Assembly: GCA_964463925.1 (NCBI GenBank)
Contig: CAYXDV010000004.1
Location: 13,080 to 77,079 of the forward strand
Source: an uncultured Gammaproteobacteria bacterium
GTDB lineage: Bacteria; Patescibacteriota; Microgenomatia; UBA12405
Length of the DNA: 64,000 nt
Reading direction: 5' to 3'
In this document: piece by piece, positions 50,020 through 60,280 of the stretch
Numbering within the stretch: the stretch's first letter is position 1
Layout of the letters: each line of letters opens with the position of its first letter
Made by a program: the position numbers and the translations under genes
Notes under the pieces: generated by a model
Databases searched by the model: none
What the model saw: only the letters and a program-made list of their open reading frames with translations
What the model was told of the DNA's origin: nothing

Positions 50020-50760
50020 TTGGCTGGCAGAGAAATAAAATCACGATACAAACAATCAATTCTTGGCTATTTTTGGGTAATTATCCAGCCATTATCCCAA
50101 TTGTTAGTCATGACTTTTGCCTTTTCAGTAATTTTAAAAGTTCAAACATTTGCAACAGGTAGCATTCCCTACATAATATTTCTTTCTGTTGCCCTTCTTC
50201 CTTGGAATTTATTTGTAAATAGCCTCAATTCTGCTTCCGGATCACTGGTAGCAAACGCAGGTTTAATTTCCAAAACATACCTTCCAAAATCAGTTTTTAT
50301 ATTGGCAACTTTAATCGCCAAACTAGTTGATTTCGGATTCTCACTTTTAGTTCTTATTCTATTTTTTATTTGGTACCAGCTTCCAGTACTATCTAGCTTT
50401 TTATGGATTGTACCAATTTTTTTACTTCAAAATATTTTCACTTTAGGACTCTCATATTTCTTAGCAACAGCAAATCTAATTTACAGAGATATTCAATATC
50501 TGTTGTCGCTAATATTGATGCTTTGGATGTACTTTACCCCAATTTTTTATTCAATCGACAACATCCCGCTTAAATTTCGGTTTATTTTTCAATTAAACCC
50601 AATGTCAGTAATTGTTAATGCCTATCGTCAAGTAATTCTTGCTGGCGGAAGTCCAAACTATAGTAGTTTGTTACTATGTACCATAGTTTCTTTTTTGACT
50701 TTATATCTTGGCGTTAAATCATTTAAATCCGCAGAACCAACTCTAGCTGACCATGTCTAA
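49960..50760 (+). CDS. ABC-2 type polysaccharide/teichoic-acid exporter permease (Wzm/TagG-like)
   Basis: REIKSRYKQSILGYFWVIIQPL N-terminal motif; 6 TM helices; translationally coupled to the downstream ATPase. Confidence 0.75.
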   Translation: MLLIINEIKLLFKYHELLLQLAGREIKSRYKQSILGYFWVIIQPLSQLLVMTFAFSVILKVQTFATGSIPYIIFLSVALLPWNLFVNSLNSASGSLVANAGLISKTYLPKSVFILATLIAKLVDFGFSLLVLILFFIWYQLPVLSSFLWIVPIFLLQNIFTLGLSYFLATANLIYRDIQYLLSLILMLWMYFTPIFYSIDNIPLKFRFIFQLNPMSVIVNAYRQVILAGGSPNYSSLLLCTIVSFLTLYLGVKSFKSAEPTLADHV

Positions 50761-51439
50761 TCAAAACAATGTACCACCTACCGTAATAAAATTTGAACAT
50801 GTAACTAAAGTTTTTAGCCTTCAAAAACAAAAAACTTTCAAAGAATTCCTCCCAGCTCTTGCTTCTGGCAAAGATACAAAGACAACTTTTACTGCCCTAA
50901 ATAATATCAGTTTTGAAATTAAAAAAGGAGAATGTGTCGGTATCGTTGGGCCAAACGGTTCAGGTAAATCAACAATTCTAAAAATAATTGCTGGAGTTAC
51001 CGCACCCACTTCTGGATCAGTTTTTGTCAATGGAAAAGTATCGCCTTTAATCGAATTGGGTTCAGGAATGCATCCAGAGCTTTCCGGACGGGAAAATGTT
51101 TTTTTAAATGGGGCCATTTTGGGACTTAGTCAAAAGCAAATCCATGATAGATTTAAAGAAATTGTTGATTTTGCCGAACTATGGGACTTTATTGATGAAC
51201 CAATCAAGCATTATAGTAGTGGAATGTTCATGCGACTAGCATTCTCTGTTGCCATTCATGTTGACCCCGAGATATTGTTAATTGACGAGATTTTGGCTGT
51301 AGGTGATGCCGCCTTTCAGGACAAATGCTTCAAGAAAATGGAAGAGTTTAAAAAACAAGGCATAACCATGCTATTGGTATCACATAATACAAAACAAATT
51401 GCAGATTACTGCGATAGAAGTCTATCCTTCGATAGGTAG
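50753..51439 (+). CDS. ABC exporter ATP-binding protein (Wzt/TagH/KpsT-like), short form without a C-terminal carbohydrate-binding domain
   Basis: Walker A GPNGSGKST, signature YSSGMFMRLAFSVA, Walker B LLIDEILAVGD; only 228 aa. Confidence 0.85.
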   Translation: MSNQNNVPPTVIKFEHVTKVFSLQKQKTFKEFLPALASGKDTKTTFTALNNISFEIKKGECVGIVGPNGSGKSTILKIIAGVTAPTSGSVFVNGKVSPLIELGSGMHPELSGRENVFLNGAILGLSQKQIHDRFKEIVDFAELWDFIDEPIKHYSSGMFMRLAFSVAIHVDPEILLIDEILAVGDAAFQDKCFKKMEEFKKQGITMLLVSHNTKQIADYCDRSLSFDR

Positions 51440-51448
51440 ATAATATTT

Positions 51449-54400
51449 ATGAAGATTAAAAAACAAACAATCGATAAACCAAATCCAAAAATATGGGATC
51501 TTGTTTCTAAAAAATACACATTCAAAATCACAGACAGCGATCTTGAAATAGGGAGTTTTTTGCTTGATTTTCTTGGTAAGAATAAAAAGGCAAAAAAACA
51601 AACTATTGCCGAATTTGGTTCTGGAAGTGGACACATATCGGCAGTTTTAGCTCAGAAGAAATTCAATACAACTTTAGTTGATTTTAGTACGGAAGCTCTT
51701 AAAAAATCCAAATTATTGTATTCCAAACTTAATCTTAGTGGAAATTTCATAAATGCAGATATTTTAAACTTCCACAAAAATACATCCTATGATTTGGTAT
51801 GGAATAGTGGAGTTATGGAGCATTTTAACGACAAAATGCTTTTAAAAGCATTTGAAGAGATTTACAAACACACAAATTCCTATTTTATTTTTATTGTTCC
51901 AAATCCAAAATCAATCCCATATTTATTATGGAGATCGAAATTAATATGTGAGAAAGAATGGGATTTTGGATATGAATATTTAAGGGATAATTATGAAGAA
52001 TTCATAGAGCATTCAGGGTTTTTATTACAAAAAAAAACCTACATTGGAAAAAACATCTCCAGTTGGCAGTTAACGCAAACAACAAATGAACAATCTCTAA
52101 AAGACTTTTATAAAGAAATGTATCAGGAGGATATAATTACACCTGAAAATTATTATTTAACAGTATACGTATGTAAAAAAAATAATAACTTCACAAGTAA
52201 AGATGCAAAATTTATTTTAGATGAGGATACAACAAGAAAAACAAATTTATTTCTTGAAATTGTAAATCACTCTAATCTCAAAGAAAAAACTAATGCAGTA
52301 GATAACTTAAAAAATGATTTAGAAGATCTAAAAATAAAAAACCAGCAAAAAGATAAGTGTTTAGAAAACCTCAAGGGAGATATTGATATGGCAAACCTAA
52401 AAATAAGTCAATTATCTGTGGCCTTGAACAAAATATATAATTCGAAAACTTGGAGATTACTTTATTTGTACAAAAAATTTGCTGAAAAAAGCAAAAATTG
52501 CCTAAAATTATTAATACCAATAAAAACAAGAAAGGCAATAGTTTCAAGTGTAGAGCTGGTCAAATTGACTAGAACCATCAAAAACAAAATACCAGAAATT
52601 GTAATTTCAGACTGGCAAGATCATTTAAAGAGTCAATATAGTAAACAGATAGTAGATTACATCATCTTTTCTGTAATTGCTTGGGATTTTAGATATCAAA
52701 GACCACAACAATTATCTAAGTTTTTGGCACAAAAAAATGAAGGTACAAGGGTTTTTTACATAAAAAACGAATTCTTAGTATCTCCATCTGCCAAGGCCAG
52801 CCCATCGATCAGAGTAGAGAAAAAAGAAAGCATGGTCTACGAAATAACTCTCTCTGCATCCAAAAATCTCTTCATATATTCTGATACTCCAACCATGAAA
52901 GATAAACAAACTATCTTTGAGTCTTTAAAAACTCTTATATATGAAGCAGGGATAATCAATCCAATTGCCGTTATCGATCACCCTTTTTGGGCAAATCTTT
53001 TAGAAAGTTATGGTATGCCTGTTATCTACGACTGTATGGACAACCATCAGGGTTTCCTTGAAAATGATAAAAGGTTGGCAGTCTTGGAGCAAGAATTATT
53101 CACAAAATCAGATATTGTGCTTACAACTTCCAAGTATTTGAGTAATATGGCCAAAAAGGCAGGTTCAAAATCAGTTAGTTTGTTACCAAATGCAGGAGAT
53201 TATAAACATTTTGCAAAAGCGCTTAATCCAAAAAATTTTACAAGACCAGCAGATCTACCTAGAAACAAAAACCCAATAGTTGGCTACTACGGGGCAATCG
53301 CAGAATGGTTCGACACAGAAATACTTAGTGATGTAGCCCAAAAAAACAAAGACAAAACGATTGTCCTGATCGGTTCTGTTACCAACAAAAAGGTAGTAGA
53401 CTTGACAAAAATCAATAAAAACATCTATTTATTAGGCGAAAAGCCATATTCCGAATTACCTGCATATTTGGCACATTTTGATGTTTGTATAATTCCTTTT
53501 AAGTTGACAGAATTAATAAAAGCAACACACCCTGTAAAAGTCTTTGAATATTTAGCTGCAGGCAAGCCAATAGTCGCAAGCAGAATGCCAGAAATATCTA
53601 ATTTACACAAAGTTGTTACTTTTGCCAGCAAAAAAGACTTCTCAGAACAAATTAATTTTCTTCTAAAGAGTGGTAACCAAAAGAGTAAAAAAGATAGGCA
53701 AAAATTGGCTCTAAAAAACACATGGATAGAAAGGGCAGATAAACTTACAAATTTAGTAATGAAAAAATTTTTTCCAAAAGTTTCTATTGTCGTACTCTCG
53801 TATAATAAGCCAGAAATGCTTAAAAAAACTTTGGATAGTATTATCCAAAGATCATATTATTCAAATTTAGAAGTCATTGTTGTAGACAATGCATCTAACA
53901 AAGAAACAATCAGTCTTCTAGAAAATTATAAAACAAATCCGATAGTGAAAGTAATATACAATAAACAAAATTATGGGTTTGCAAAAGGCAACAACATTGG
54001 TCTAAAAGTATCAACAGGAGATTATATTGTTGTTTTGAATAATGATGTGATTATAACCCCCGGTTGGATAAGCCGTCTTATTTTTCATTTGTCCAAAAAT
54101 AAAAAAACAGCAATCGTTGGTCCTGTAACCAATAACATAGGGAATGAAGCAAAGATAGATATAACATATGATGCGGAAAATGCTTCTGAACTAGAAAAAA
54201 AGTCCAGAGAGTATACTTCAAAACACTGGAACCAAAGCCTTGGTGTAAATAATCTTGCGGCTTTTTGCTGGATTTTCTCTAGAAAAACTTATAAAGAATA
54301 TGGAGGGTTTGACGAAAGGTATGGGATGGGACTTTTTGAGGACGACGATTACTGCTACATGATAAAAAAAGCAGGACTAAATCTAAAAATCTCAGATGAT

Positions 54401-54544
54401 GTATTTGTTCATCATTTTGGAAGCATGTCATTCAAACAACTTAATAAAGAAAAATACCAAAATTTATTTAACGACAATAAAAGAAAGTTTGAAACCAAAT
54501 GGAAAATTAAATGGAAAAAACATGTGAATAGAAATATTAATTAA
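51449..54544 (+). CDS. Multidomain glycan assembly protein: N-terminal SAM methyltransferase, coiled coil, GT4 domain and C-terminal GT2 domain
   Basis: 1031 aa; MT motif I AEFGSGSGHIS; coiled coil about residues 265-340 (NLKNDLEDLKIKNQQKDKCLENLKGDIDMANLKISQLSVALNKIY); GT4 region (GYYGAIAEWFD...VFEYLAAGKPIVAS); GT2 region (VSIVVLSYNKPEML...VVDNASNKET...LNNDVI). Confidence 0.8.
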   Translation: MKIKKQTIDKPNPKIWDLVSKKYTFKITDSDLEIGSFLLDFLGKNKKAKKQTIAEFGSGSGHISAVLAQKKFNTTLVDFSTEALKKSKLLYSKLNLSGNFINADILNFHKNTSYDLVWNSGVMEHFNDKMLLKAFEEIYKHTNSYFIFIVPNPKSIPYLLWRSKLICEKEWDFGYEYLRDNYEEFIEHSGFLLQKKTYIGKNISSWQLTQTTNEQSLKDFYKEMYQEDIITPENYYLTVYVCKKNNNFTSKDAKFILDEDTTRKTNLFLEIVNHSNLKEKTNAVDNLKNDLEDLKIKNQQKDKCLENLKGDIDMANLKISQLSVALNKIYNSKTWRLLYLYKKFAEKSKNCLKLLIPIKTRKAIVSSVELVKLTRTIKNKIPEIVISDWQDHLKSQYSKQIVDYIIFSVIAWDFRYQRPQQLSKFLAQKNEGTRVFYIKNEFLVSPSAKASPSIRVEKKESMVYEITLSASKNLFIYSDTPTMKDKQTIFESLKTLIYEAGIINPIAVIDHPFWANLLESYGMPVIYDCMDNHQGFLENDKRLAVLEQELFTKSDIVLTTSKYLSNMAKKAGSKSVSLLPNAGDYKHFAKALNPKNFTRPADLPRNKNPIVGYYGAIAEWFDTEILSDVAQKNKDKTIVLIGSVTNKKVVDLTKINKNIYLLGEKPYSELPAYLAHFDVCIIPFKLTELIKATHPVKVFEYLAAGKPIVASRMPEISNLHKVVTFASKKDFSEQINFLLKSGNQKSKKDRQKLALKNTWIERADKLTNLVMKKFFPKVSIVVLSYNKPEMLKKTLDSIIQRSYYSNLEVIVVDNASNKETISLLENYKTNPIVKVIYNKQNYGFAKGNNIGLKVSTGDYIVVLNNDVIITPGWISRLIFHLSKNKKTAIVGPVTNNIGNEAKIDITYDAENASELEKKSREYTSKHWNQSLGVNNLAAFCWIFSRKTYKEYGGFDERYGMGLFEDDDYCYMIKKAGLNLKISDDVFVHHFGSMSFKQLNKEKYQNLFNDNKRKFETKWKIKWKKHVNRNIN

Positions 54545-56000
54545 CAACTATCTTTTGTATCAAAAATTCAGGATTATTTTCCGGAAACGACACTTCATTC
54601 TGCAAGCTATAACCAAACGAATTAATCAACTTCTCAAAATTTTTGCCGCAGGTTACATTTTCGTCACCACTAACAACTCTTACATATCTATATTCAGCAT
54701 TAACTAGATAGGTTTGTCTTATCCATTCTTGTGTCTTTGGTTCAAGATTTTCAGTACAAAAAAAGGGCCAATAGTCATAATATTTGTTCTTTATATGATC
54801 AAAAGCAATTAGCTCATTATTTATTCCCCAATCTACTGATACAAATTTACTATCACTTTTTTTTACATGCTCGACCAAACTAAACACACTCCGAGACCAA
54901 TATTTATTAAGCAATCTGCCGTTATTCAAATTGTAAATAAAAAAAACATTTATTGCAAAAAATAAAAATGGAAGAAATTCAAAAATAAATTTAGGAAATA
55001 GATCTATCATAACATAATAAGCATATGGGAAAAGCATGTAAAAATGCCAAGAAGCTCCAGCTTTATTTGTCATCAATATTTGAAAAAAGATCCCAACAAA
55101 GAACATTCCATTCAATACTTTTACATCACAAATATTCCTTCTAATTTTTAAAACATTTAGTAAAAAAACGTAAGTCAATAGGAGTAAAACAAACACAGAT
55201 GAAACTATCTGGGGTACTGAGAACTGTGGTTTGTACAAATAATCATAAATGCTAAGACCTGAAAAGAAATGCAAAAAAGATTCACTCACGGTGACAAAGC
55301 GACTGACAAAAGATGTATTCGATGTCAACTCTGTGGTAAGTCTAAAATTTGAAAAAATAGTAAAAAAAAGAACATATGGGATTAAGAAACATTTAACAAT
55401 GAAAAAAAGATCCGAGAGTGTTCCTCTCCTCACAAAAAATGCATACACAACACAAACAACAAAAACTACATTTATGAACCAAATAAAATTTAGCTTGTTG
55501 AAAACTCCTAAAGACAGTAAAAAAGATAATAAAAAAGGCGATACTTTTTTTATCTCAGACATATTTATAAGCAAAGCAAATATGATTGTTCTAAGAAATA
55601 AATCGATTATCACTGGACCAAAGTCAGTTATAGACAAAAAAAGGATCGTGGGATTTAACAAAAAAGTTGCAACGAGGAAAAAAGTATATTTTTTTTCTAC
55701 CACACGCAAATTTAATAGTGTAAAAATCGTAACAATGAACAAACACAAAGTGGGTATTCTGATACTCAACAAACTAACGCTAAATATTTTAAAAATAAAA
55801 AAATACAAAGCAGATTTAAGAGCTCCGATGTATGGCATCAACATTATCGGAAAACCTAACAAACGTTTAAACACAAAATCGTTTGTTACTCCTCCTAATG
55901 CTGCATTTATCCAAAAAACTTCATCGTAATGTATGCCGATCGTGTTAAACCATAAAAATACTAAAACAAAAAAAGCAATTACCAATATAAAGTACCTCAT
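54537..56000 (-). CDS. PMT_2/ArnT-like GT-C glycosyltransferase
   Basis: HYDEVFWINAA...PIMLMPYIGALKS...SLLSIRIP loop followed by more than 10 TM helices. Confidence 0.55.
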   Translation of the reverse strand: MRYFILVIAFFVLVFLWFNTIGIHYDEVFWINAALGGVTNDFVFKRLLGFPIMLMPYIGALKSALYFFIFKIFSVSLLSIRIPTLCLFIVTIFTLLNLRVVEKKYTFFLVATFLLNPTILFLSITDFGPVIIDLFLRTIIFALLINMSEIKKVSPFLLSFLLSLGVFNKLNFIWFINVVFVVCVVYAFFVRRGTLSDLFFIVKCFLIPYVLFFTIFSNFRLTTELTSNTSFVSRFVTVSESFLHFFSGLSIYDYLYKPQFSVPQIVSSVFVLLLLTYVFLLNVLKIRRNICDVKVLNGMFFVGIFFQILMTNKAGASWHFYMLFPYAYYVMIDLFPKFIFEFLPFLFFAINVFFIYNLNNGRLLNKYWSRSVFSLVEHVKKSDSKFVSVDWGINNELIAFDHIKNKYYDYWPFFCTENLEPKTQEWIRQTYLVNAEYRYVRVVSGDENVTCGKNFEKLINSFGYSLQNEVSFPENNPEFLIQKIVVN

Positions 56001-57652
56001 AATGGCATGGAACCTTCCAACAAAACAATTCTCTGATATTTATACCCCAAAAAATTATCAATTTCTTTTTCATTTTCAATTTTGCCACCTAAGTTTATAA
56101 TATTCAGCTTACAATCATTTAAGTTCACAGGTGAAACCATACTATAAAAGTATACATTTTTCATTTTTACTTTACCGCTGATTACAGCTCGTTGCATATT
56201 CATATATTTTTCAGACCCTGTCAGTTGACCATATGATCTTTTGTCTATGTTGTAAACCGGCATTGAGCTCAAATCTGAAACAACTAAATACCCAAGTGAA
56301 GGCAAAGAACAATTCAAATAAATCGTTTTATCTTTAGTCTCATCGACATTTTCTCCTGTTATCAATGTATTTTCAAATAGAAACTTTTTCTGAGAAATAT
56401 AGTTACTCTGATTGTCAATATAGCTACCCCTCCAAGACCAATCATAAGTTAAGGCAGACATATATGTGTCTTTTATATTTAAAAGAAAAAAGATAAAAAA
56501 GAAGAAAGATATCAATAAATTATGACTTTTTTCACTAACCACAATCTGATACACTGCAGATGCAACAACTCCAGAAAAAAATTCCATTGCAATAAAATAT
56601 CTAGAATATCCAAACAATAATGACCATGTAAAGAAACATAGTAAACAGTAGGCAGACAATATTAATAGTGTTTTGTTTATTTTCTTTGGTAAAAACAAAA
56701 TGGCAACTACAGTTGTCAAAAAAAAGTATGTTAGTCTGTTATCAAAATAAAATCTTGATAGTTCAGAAAGTCTATTCTGGTGCAGTATGGAAAAAACAGG
56801 CCAAAAAATAATCTCAACGACGCTTCTTCCTCCAAAATTACCATTCTGAAAATTTTCTCTTAAGGCATAAGGTGAATTAAAAAATGCATTATAAAATGGG
56901 AAAAAGGGATTACTCGATTTTGTAAAATTCACAAATAAAAAATGAGACGAAGGCAATAAAATCAATAACACGCACATAAACAAAGATGAAATCCCTATCT
57001 TCCTGTCTAGAAAAAAATAAAATAGAAAAAAAATAAAAGGAAGTGTGTAGATAATATTTGTATTTTTCAAGAAAAAAGATAGGCCGAAGAAAAATGATGA
57101 GAAGAATAAGAATTTATTCTTGGTAAGGGTGAGGAACAAAGAAAAGAAATACAGGGCGACAAGGACAATAAAAGCTGACGGCAGATCATTGTAGTAAGTA
57201 GATATTTGAGACAAAGCCTCAAAATTAAATATTGCCAATATAAAAATAAATAAGGCGAAGAAACTGTTAAAAAAATATTTGTTTATGTTCAAAACAAGTA
57301 TGATTTTTATTGAAAGAAGCACAATCATAAAATAAACTATCAAGTTAGATACGGTTCCTAATCTATACCCAAGTAGTTTTCTAAACAGATATCCAAAAAC
57401 TTCAATAAATGGAGGGAAATTCTGTAGACCGGTAGGAAAAAAATCTACATTGCCGGCTATTGAAAAGAACTTCCATGGAAGAAATAGGTGATAATTAATG
57501 GTATCAAAAGATAAATCTGGGTATAAGAATTTATTTAAAAAAACCGAGAGAGGAAGAACGAAGCAAAAAACAAAAAAAACTACAAAAAGCGTGGATGATT
57601 TTAAAAAAAATCTCTTTTTGGCTAAACAAATCGATACTTTATTAGTGTCCAT
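55997..57652 (-). CDS. Large polytopic membrane protein, putative GT-C glycosyltransferase
   Basis: 551 aa, more than 12 TM helices; downstream (minus strand) of a DPM1-like GT2. Confidence 0.45.
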   Translation of the reverse strand: MDTNKVSICLAKKRFFLKSSTLFVVFFVFCFVLPLSVFLNKFLYPDLSFDTINYHLFLPWKFFSIAGNVDFFPTGLQNFPPFIEVFGYLFRKLLGYRLGTVSNLIVYFMIVLLSIKIILVLNINKYFFNSFFALFIFILAIFNFEALSQISTYYNDLPSAFIVLVALYFFSLFLTLTKNKFLFFSSFFFGLSFFLKNTNIIYTLPFIFFLFYFFLDRKIGISSLFMCVLLILLPSSHFLFVNFTKSSNPFFPFYNAFFNSPYALRENFQNGNFGGRSVVEIIFWPVFSILHQNRLSELSRFYFDNRLTYFFLTTVVAILFLPKKINKTLLILSAYCLLCFFTWSLLFGYSRYFIAMEFFSGVVASAVYQIVVSEKSHNLLISFFFFIFFLLNIKDTYMSALTYDWSWRGSYIDNQSNYISQKKFLFENTLITGENVDETKDKTIYLNCSLPSLGYLVVSDLSSMPVYNIDKRSYGQLTGSEKYMNMQRAVISGKVKMKNVYFYSMVSPVNLNDCKLNIINLGGKIENEKEIDNFLGYKYQRIVLLEGSMPL

Positions 57653-58332
57653 GCTGCATCAAAAAAATCTGAAAATTTAATTTTTTTACCTTGGTCAACA
57701 TGTCTCGGATTATAGATAATTGGCACCTCGTGTATTGATTCTCCAGATCTTAAAACTTTAGATGTAACCTCAGGACAAAATTCAAATCTCTTCGATACTA
57801 AATTTAGAGAATCTAACAACTTTTTATCAAACATTTTGTAACAAGTGGGTTCATCAGTAATATTTGAACCATATAAAAAGTTTGTTAAGTGTGTAAGTAA
57901 CAAGCCACCCATATAAAAACTCAGGCCGGAATACTGCTTGTTTTGTCTTTCTAATCTACGAGACCCGTATACTACTTTCACTCCCTTTCTTTTCATAACA
58001 TCAAGCATTTTTATAAAATCTTTCGGATCATATTCCATATCTCCGTCTTGAACAACAACAACATCACCTTTCGAATGTTTAAATCCCGTCCTAAGCGCAG
58101 AACTTTTTCCTTTGTTAATTTCGTGGGAGATCAGAGTAAAATCGATCTTTTTACTTTTTTTGAGATCAGTCAATAATTTTAAAGAAGAATCTGTTGAACC
58201 ATCGTCAATTACTATGATCTCTTTTTTCACACTGCCAAAATCTACCGCATTTACCTTGTTCAAGACATCCAATACAGTTCTTTCCTCATTAAAAACTGGT
58301 ATAACTATCGAAATCGTTTTAATATTTTTCAT
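57622..58332 (-). CDS. GT2 polyprenol-phosphate glycosyltransferase (DPM1/GtrB-like)
   Basis: ISIVIPVFNEERTVLDVL...IIVIDDGSTDSS...VVQDGDMEYDP. Confidence 0.85.
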   Translation of the reverse strand: MKNIKTISIVIPVFNEERTVLDVLNKVNAVDFGSVKKEIIVIDDGSTDSSLKLLTDLKKSKKIDFTLISHEINKGKSSALRTGFKHSKGDVVVVQDGDMEYDPKDFIKMLDVMKRKGVKVVYGSRRLERQNKQYSGLSFYMGGLLLTHLTNFLYGSNITDEPTCYKMFDKKLLDSLNLVSKRFEFCPEVTSKVLRSGESIHEVPIIYNPRHVDQGKKIKFSDFFDAAWTLIKYRFV

Positions 58333-58895
58333 TTTACAAAAACAATTTTACTGTTTAACCCAAACTGGAACAATTCATAGTTAGATACACTGAAGCCATT
58401 ATTTTTACCCAGTAATAAAACATCACTTTCAGAATAATACTTTTTATGATCTTTAATTTCGTCTTTATTTATTATGTTTAATGAAGCCAAAAGCTCCAAA
58501 AGCGGTTTTGAAAGTTGAGTTGGTGTTGTCATAACAATCTTACCTTTCGTTTTTAAAACACGAGAAAATTCTTTAAAAAGCAAATCTACCTTGTTAGGGT
58601 CAATATGTTCCAAAACGGCTAGCATAAAAATACTATCAAAATAATCATTAGTAAATGGCAATTTATCAATAAAATTAAACTTCTTCAAAACCAAATTATT
58701 AAAACTAGTATCGTCAACATCGTAGTCTAGACCATAACCTAACCTAATACTTTGACTAATTTGTTTCAAAAAATATGCTTGAGAGCCGCAACCAAAATCT
58801 AAAACGCAACTATTTATCTTAGATTCATTCATTATTTTCGATAATCTAAGTTTTGCAATCAGCTTGTCAAAAACATTAAAATCTTTTGTCCCCAT
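58329..58895 (-). CDS. Class I SAM-dependent methyltransferase
   Basis: Motif I CVLDFGCGSQAY; LDYD acidic residue; IFMLAVLEHI. Confidence 0.7.
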   Translation of the reverse strand: MGTKDFNVFDKLIAKLRLSKIMNESKINSCVLDFGCGSQAYFLKQISQSIRLGYGLDYDVDDTSFNNLVLKKFNFIDKLPFTNDYFDSIFMLAVLEHIDPNKVDLLFKEFSRVLKTKGKIVMTTPTQLSKPLLELLASLNIINKDEIKDHKKYYSESDVLLLGKNNGFSVSNYELFQFGLNSKIVFVK

Positions 58896-58947
58896 TTATT
58901 TTTTAGAGTTTTTAAATAAGATTAAGTAAATACTGCATTCTACACTA

Positions 58948-60267
58948 ATGAAAAAAATTTTAATCACTTTAGTAATACTCTTTTTTCTCTTTCTTCGTCT
59001 TTACAGGATAAACTCATCTTTTTTTTATTTTAACGATATGGGCAGAGATTCTTTAGTCTTGTACCAATGGCAACAAACCGGCAAACCACCTCTATTAGGA
59101 CCACAGAATAGCGCCCTTCCATTTAACCAAAGTCCGATCTATTTTTACCTGCTTTACCCTATTTTTTTAATAACAAATGGCAGCCCATTGTCAGCCATAT
59201 ACACCAATTTGCTACTTTATCTGTTTACTTTTACGATATTATTTATCAGTTTTAGAAAAAGTCCACATTTTTGGGCAACAATCTTCACCATTCTTGTTAT
59301 TTCAGTCCATCCACAACAAGTAATTCAGTCACGGTTTGTTTGGAACCCGTCGTTTGTAAGTGCATTCTTGTTGCTGGGACTGTGGGCACTTGTAGAAGAA
59401 AGGATTAAGTTAGCAACCATATGTTTATCGCTTGCCATTGCCTGTAGTTTTTCAGTTCTACCTACAATTATTGCGCTTACCATAGGAATACTTTTCTGCA
59501 AAAGAAAAATCTTTGTTCGTTTTTTGTTGAATATGTTTTTATTTACCTTGATTTTTCATTTTCCCATAATCCTATTCGAACTGCGTCACCATTTTCAGCT
59601 AACAAAATCCGTATTTCTGCGAGGAACTGAGATGCAAATTGGTTTTTCATATGTACAGCAAATCAATAAAATTAATCAGTATGTTTTTTTAAACCAAAAT
59701 ATTTTTTGGTTTACTTCTATGCTTTTTATCACACTGCTAGTGGGTATTTTTTATTACAAGACAAAAAACAAAAATGGCTTATTCTTTTTTATTATTTTTA
59801 CAATAAATCTAATATCAACCACTATTTTACCAATAAACTTCCAGAGTCATTATATATTCGGTCTTTTAGTTACTTTTATATTTCTTTTATCATTTTTGCC
59901 AAAACCAATTTTCATAATTCTCTTAACTCCGTTTTTATTAAAATCTGTAAATCCTAATCAAATACTTTCATATTTTTCCCCAGCTCCAAGGACTTATGAG
60001 CAGCTGATGGCCTGTTTCCAGAACTATTGCCAAACTAATAAAACACCCACCTTTGTATCTGTCCAGTCAGAATACCATCCCTTCCATAATGGACCAGAGC
60101 ACAGGTATTTGTTACAAAAATCTGGTTGTATTGTTTACAATATTGAAGATGATTCAAACAAAACTAATCAAATGACTGTAGTTGTCGACGGAGGACAATT
60201 CTCGCCTGAAAAAACTAGTTACAACGAATTAACAACTTTTGGTCCTTATACTGTCAAAAGAACTTAG
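58948..60267 (+). CDS. Polytopic membrane protein, putative GT-C glycosyltransferase; paralog of 17137-18552
   Basis: LRLYRIN...FNDMGRDS...LGPQNS...PIYFYLLYP shared with 17137-18552. Confidence 0.5.
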   Translation: MKKILITLVILFFLFLRLYRINSSFFYFNDMGRDSLVLYQWQQTGKPPLLGPQNSALPFNQSPIYFYLLYPIFLITNGSPLSAIYTNLLLYLFTFTILFISFRKSPHFWATIFTILVISVHPQQVIQSRFVWNPSFVSAFLLLGLWALVEERIKLATICLSLAIACSFSVLPTIIALTIGILFCKRKIFVRFLLNMFLFTLIFHFPIILFELRHHFQLTKSVFLRGTEMQIGFSYVQQINKINQYVFLNQNIFWFTSMLFITLLVGIFYYKTKNKNGLFFFIIFTINLISTTILPINFQSHYIFGLLVTFIFLLSFLPKPIFIILLTPFLLKSVNPNQILSYFSPAPRTYEQLMACFQNYCQTNKTPTFVSVQSEYHPFHNGPEHRYLLQKSGCIVYNIEDDSNKTNQMTVVVDGGQFSPEKTSYNELTTFGPYTVKRT

Positions 60268-60280
60268 AAATTTACCAACT

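Noticed and set aside
50821-51636. Minus-strand ORFs antisense to wzt and to the start of the 1031-aa gene (50821-51117, 51406-51636)
   Set aside because: They lie antisense to an ABC ATPase with intact Walker and signature motifs. They are probable shadow ORFs.
55249-55929. 226-aa plus-strand ORF inside the minus-strand GT-C gene 54537-56000
   Set aside because: It is a Lys-rich reading of the antisense of an AT-rich membrane-protein gene. It has no motifs, and the sense-strand gene carries PMT_2-like signatures.
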